This document shows positions 60,806 to 64,000 of a DNA stretch of 64,000 nt, one piece after another. The position numbers were made by a program, and so were the translations under genes. The notes under the pieces were generated by a model. That model was not told the origin of the DNA. It did no database searches and saw only the letters and a list, made by a program, of their open reading frames with translations. The DNA comes from Microcoleus sp. (GTDB lineage Bacteria; Cyanobacteriota; Cyanobacteriia; Cyanobacteriales; Microcoleaceae): positions 1 to 64,000 of the forward strand of contig JAYFMW010000010.1 of NCBI GenBank assembly GCA_042408215.1. The letters are read 5' to 3'. Each line of letters starts with the position of its first letter. Positions within the stretch are counted from its first letter, which is position 1.

Positions 60806-61747
60806 TTAGCCGATCGCACTTCGACGCGCTTCAATCAAAAACTGATTAGCTTTATCATAATTAGGACGTTCTGGTAAGCGAGTTGATCCAAAAGCGCGAT
60901 CGAACTCTCGATGCAAATCCAACCGCCACCGATTCACCTCATCCCAGGATACTTCTTGGTTGCGGATAGATAGCAATTGCGATCGATAATCATCCACTCG
61001 AACCGGCACAAAACCCTCCTTCAACACCGTAATTCCTGACAACAACAACCGAATCAAGTGCATCGCGTGCTTCGAGCGAACTTCTCCTGTATTCCTAAAG
61101 TCTTGCTCCATTTTTTTAAATTGAGACAAAACATAGCCATTGTAAGTTTGATAAACCAGTTTGGACAGAAAGATTTCCCGAATTTCCAGCAATTGTTGTG
61201 CTATGGGAGAAACAGTTTCCACCAAAGGCGTATACAAACATTCCAGCACATTTGGGTTAGCTTTTAGTGCCACAATCAAAAACTTTTGCAGTTCCCAGTA
61301 ACATTCGTCATTTTCCTTGTTTTCCAACTGTTCTGGAATCCCATAAAGTGACCAATGAAGCATTGCCGGTGGCAGATAAATCCCGCGTCTGTCTGTATCA
61401 GATTCTTCGCGATCAAGACCATAAGCTCTCGAACCAACAATGCAGCGATAAATAACAGAATCATAGAGGTTGTATTCTGCTAAAAAATCTCCTCGTGACT
61501 GCAATCCTTCGCTCTGAAACTGCTTGCGGATACTGAGTTCGTGTCGCCGCAGACTAACTTCTGTTCCGTCTGGGAGTTTGACTAAATATGCGTGGGAGTT
61601 GTCCGTAGGCGATTGAACGATGACACCTACTAATCCCTGTTTCCAAGATTCGTTAGTTGCGGGGTTTTTGACCTCAATTTTGGTGACTATTTGGGTTCCT
61701 GCGGGTATGATTAAGTTGAAATTTTGGGGAATATTGGCATTGGCCAT
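60806..61747 (-). CDS. Pol-beta superfamily nucleotidyltransferase (RlaP/YcgL-like) with an N-terminal SH3-like domain
   Basis: GSRAYGL...SDTD.RG motif; KANPN.LE.L; K.AMHLIRLL; LPE.P.Y...N.FL. Confidence 0.88.
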   Translation of the reverse strand: MANANIPQNFNLIIPAGTQIVTKIEVKNPATNESWKQGLVGVIVQSPTDNSHAYLVKLPDGTEVSLRRHELSIRKQFQSEGLQSRGDFLAEYNLYDSVIYRCIVGSRAYGLDREESDTDRRGIYLPPAMLHWSLYGIPEQLENKENDECYWELQKFLIVALKANPNVLECLYTPLVETVSPIAQQLLEIREIFLSKLVYQTYNGYVLSQFKKMEQDFRNTGEVRSKHAMHLIRLLLSGITVLKEGFVPVRVDDYRSQLLSIRNQEVSWDEVNRWRLDLHREFDRAFGSTRLPERPNYDKANQFLIEARRSAIG

Positions 61748-61904
61748 GAGGGAACCTCCGGCGGGGCACGAGTTATAATGTTAGCGTAGCATATATGTAG
61801 TACGAAAAATGGAGTTTTGGGCGATCGCTGGGAGCCCCCGCCCGTGCTACGGCTGTTTTGGTCTGGTTGAACATTGTCTAATTAATTATCAAAGAGGAAG
61901 ATTA

Positions 61905-62111
61905 ATGCGTTATGCTGTTATAATTGAAAAAGGTAAAACTAGCTACGGTGTCTATGTTCCCGATTTACCTGGATGTGTAGCTGTGGCTGAAAGTTTAGAA
62001 GATGTGAGGATTTTAATTCAAGAGGCGATCGCATTTCATCTTGAAGGACTACAAGAGGATGCTTTTCCTATTCCCGAACCTGTCTCTATTTGCGAATATG
62101 TTGAAGCTTAA
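61905..62111 (+). CDS. hicB: HicB-family antitoxin (short form)
   Basis: Y.VIIEK..YG.YVPDLPGC.A...EAI.FHLEGL..PIPEP; GAGGA RBS before ATG 61905. Confidence 0.9.
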   Translation: MRYAVIIEKGKTSYGVYVPDLPGCVAVAESLEDVRILIQEAIAFHLEGLQEDAFPIPEPVSICEYVEA

Positions 62112-62428
62112 GCTAAACACCAATTATATCAATTCCGGTTGTATCGGAATGATTTAACCGCAGAGGACGCAGAGGAAGCAGAGGTAGGGGAGAGAGAGAT
62201 GAATGATTCCGATACCAACGGATTTGATGTTACTTTCTCTATTTGCGAATATGTTGAAGCTTAAGCTAAACACCAATTATATCTATTCCGGTTGTATCGG
62301 AATGATTTAACCGCAGAGGACGCAGAGGAAGCAGAGGTAGGGGAGAGAGATGAATGATTCCGATACCAACGGATTTGATATTACTTTCTCTATTTGCGAA
62401 TATGTTGAAGCTTAAGCTAAACACCAAT
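62083..62428. repeat. Tandem amplification: 42-bp hicB 3' end x3 alternating with family-A MITE x2
   Basis: TCTCTATTTGCGAATATGTTGAAGCTTAAGCTAAACACCAAT at 62083, 62236 and 62387. Confidence 0.93.
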
Positions 62429-62487
62429 GTTTCTAACTGTTTTTGCAGTAACTTTTCTTGTTCTGAGTTCAGAATTATTTGGATCAT
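62428..62487 (-). pseudogene. N-terminal fragment of a ParD/CC2985-like antitoxin
   Basis: GAGG RBS then MIQIILNSEQEKLLQKQLET, cut off at the repeat. Confidence 0.5.
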
Positions 62488-62540
62488 AAAGCTGCCTCTA
62501 TTCCTGCGATCGCCTAAATGAGTAACCTTAAAATTTTTGA

Positions 62541-62612
<72 letters not shown>

Positions 62613-62895
62613 GTAGATAATTAACATAACATACTAACTCCAAATTAGCAAGTAAAATTTTCCCAAAAATTCAGCCACTGGTTTCAGAGCTAGTACCTAG
62701 CTAGCGATTAAATAGACAAGGTGGTACAGTTGTAGACAAATCTACGATCTACCATTTTGTTCAAACCCTGCGCGATTCCCAAAAAACCTTGGATTGTCAG
62801 TAAAGACACTCGCTTTCGCTGGGATGTTTCGCGGAAGTTACCAGCCAAACCCACCCTGTCGGGTCATCGGTGAAATCCAGTGTTGAGGTCGAGCA

Positions 62896-63973
62896 ATGCT
62901 TTTATCCATCAAAACAAAGTTAAAGCCGGCACAAGAGTCTATCAACAGTCATGAGCAAACACGCAGGCATAGCTAGGTTTACTTATAACTGGGGATTGGC
63001 TACTTGGAGCAACCTTTACAAAGATGGAGTAGCGCCCAACAAATACCTGCTCAAGAAATTCTTCAACAATCATGTGAAACCTGAGTTTACATGGATTAAA
63101 GAGAAAGGGATCTGCCAAAAGATAACTCAATACGCTTTTGACAATCTTGGAGACTCTTTCTCCTTATTTTTCTCAAAAAAAGGTGGATATCCCAAGTTCA
63201 AGAAAAAAGGACATCACGACTCTTTCACGATAGACGCAAGTGGCAAGCCTATTCCTGTGGGCGGTACGTCTATAAAGTTACCGACCATCGGCTGGGTAAA
63301 AACTTACGAGGGATTGCCTCATACTACCTGCAAGTCAATCACCATTTCACGTACTGCCGATAGTTGGTTTATCGCCTTTGCTTATGAACAAAATCATGAA
63401 CCGACAATCAAAAGTCATGAGGTTGTAGGAGTTGATTTGGGAGTAAAAGAGTTGGCTACCCTTTCAACGGGCGTAGTATTTCCCAACCCAAAACACTACA
63501 AATCGCATCTGGCAAAACTCAAGAGATTATCAAGAGTTCTGGCGAGAAAAGTGAAAGGCTCTAATAATAGACATAAAGCTAAAGTCCAGCTAGGGAAACA
63601 TCATGCAAAAATAGCAAACCTCAGAAAAAACACTCTGCATCAAATCACTACTTACTTATGCAAAAACCACGCAACGATAGTAGTAGAAGATTTGAAGGTC
63701 AGTGGGATGCTAAAGAATCACAAACTAGCGCAAGTAATAGCTGACTGTGGATTCCATGAATTCAAACGTCAGTTAGAATACAAAGCTAAAAAGTTTGGTT
63801 GTGAAATAATTGTTGCCGACCGTTGGTTTCCGTCAACCAAAACCTGTTCAAGTTGTGGACATATCCAAGATATGCCACTAAAAGAAAGGACTTACAACTG
63901 TGGAAGTTGCGGTCATTCGATAGACAGAGATTTGAACGCAGCAATTAATTTATCGCGGTTGGCTAAACCGTGA
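62896..63973 (+). mobile_element. tnpB: IS607/IS1341-type RNA-guided endonuclease TnpB with an N-terminal frameshift; no tnpA
   Basis: MLLSIKTKLK at 62896 is out of frame with MSKHAG.ARF.YNWGL (62951); RuvC GVDLG, VEDL and DRDLNAA motifs; CxxC/CxxC finger. Confidence 0.92.
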
Positions 63974-64000
63974 AAGCTTGCCGAGGGATAGCCGCTCCCA

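Noticed and set aside
62083..62428. Mini CRISPR array
   Set aside because: The two spacers are copies of each other, ~110 bp long and MITE-like; the repeat is the end of hicB.

Overview
Chromosomal window from a filamentous cyanobacterium, probably Oscillatoriales/Microcoleus-like. This is inferred from dense HIP1 GCGATCGC octamers, chlG, a Mg-chelatase H paralog, XisI, DUF29 and heptamer STRR tracts. Housekeeping genes (ilvB, pcrA, chlG, PBP1A, rsmB, glyQ, NFACT/RqcH, cobJ, tRNA-Val) alternate with: (i) a probable sulfur/transport island (LysR, APC permease, 2x CadD, 2x DUF202, TauE, cysA, cysR-like Crp); (ii) toxin-antitoxin and defence debris; (iii) a nested mobile region at 43-46.8 kb (MITE end with a 12-unit 54-bp hairpin array, truncated IS4, decayed IS605-type tnpB); (iv) an exported TPR-CHAT protease module; and (v) an IS607-like tnpB at the right edge. 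The most striking pattern is a dense set of small mobile repeats (GTAG-REP-like hairpins, MITEs, STRR elements), several of which sit in frame inside conserved proteins. Other leads are a promoter- and terminator-bounded ~155-nt candidate sRNA and an orphan DUF1778 antitoxin facing an Eco1-like acetyltransferase. Three genes carry clustered single-base insertions that look like sequencing errors. No CRISPR array was found. All product calls come from motif recognition, not database searches.
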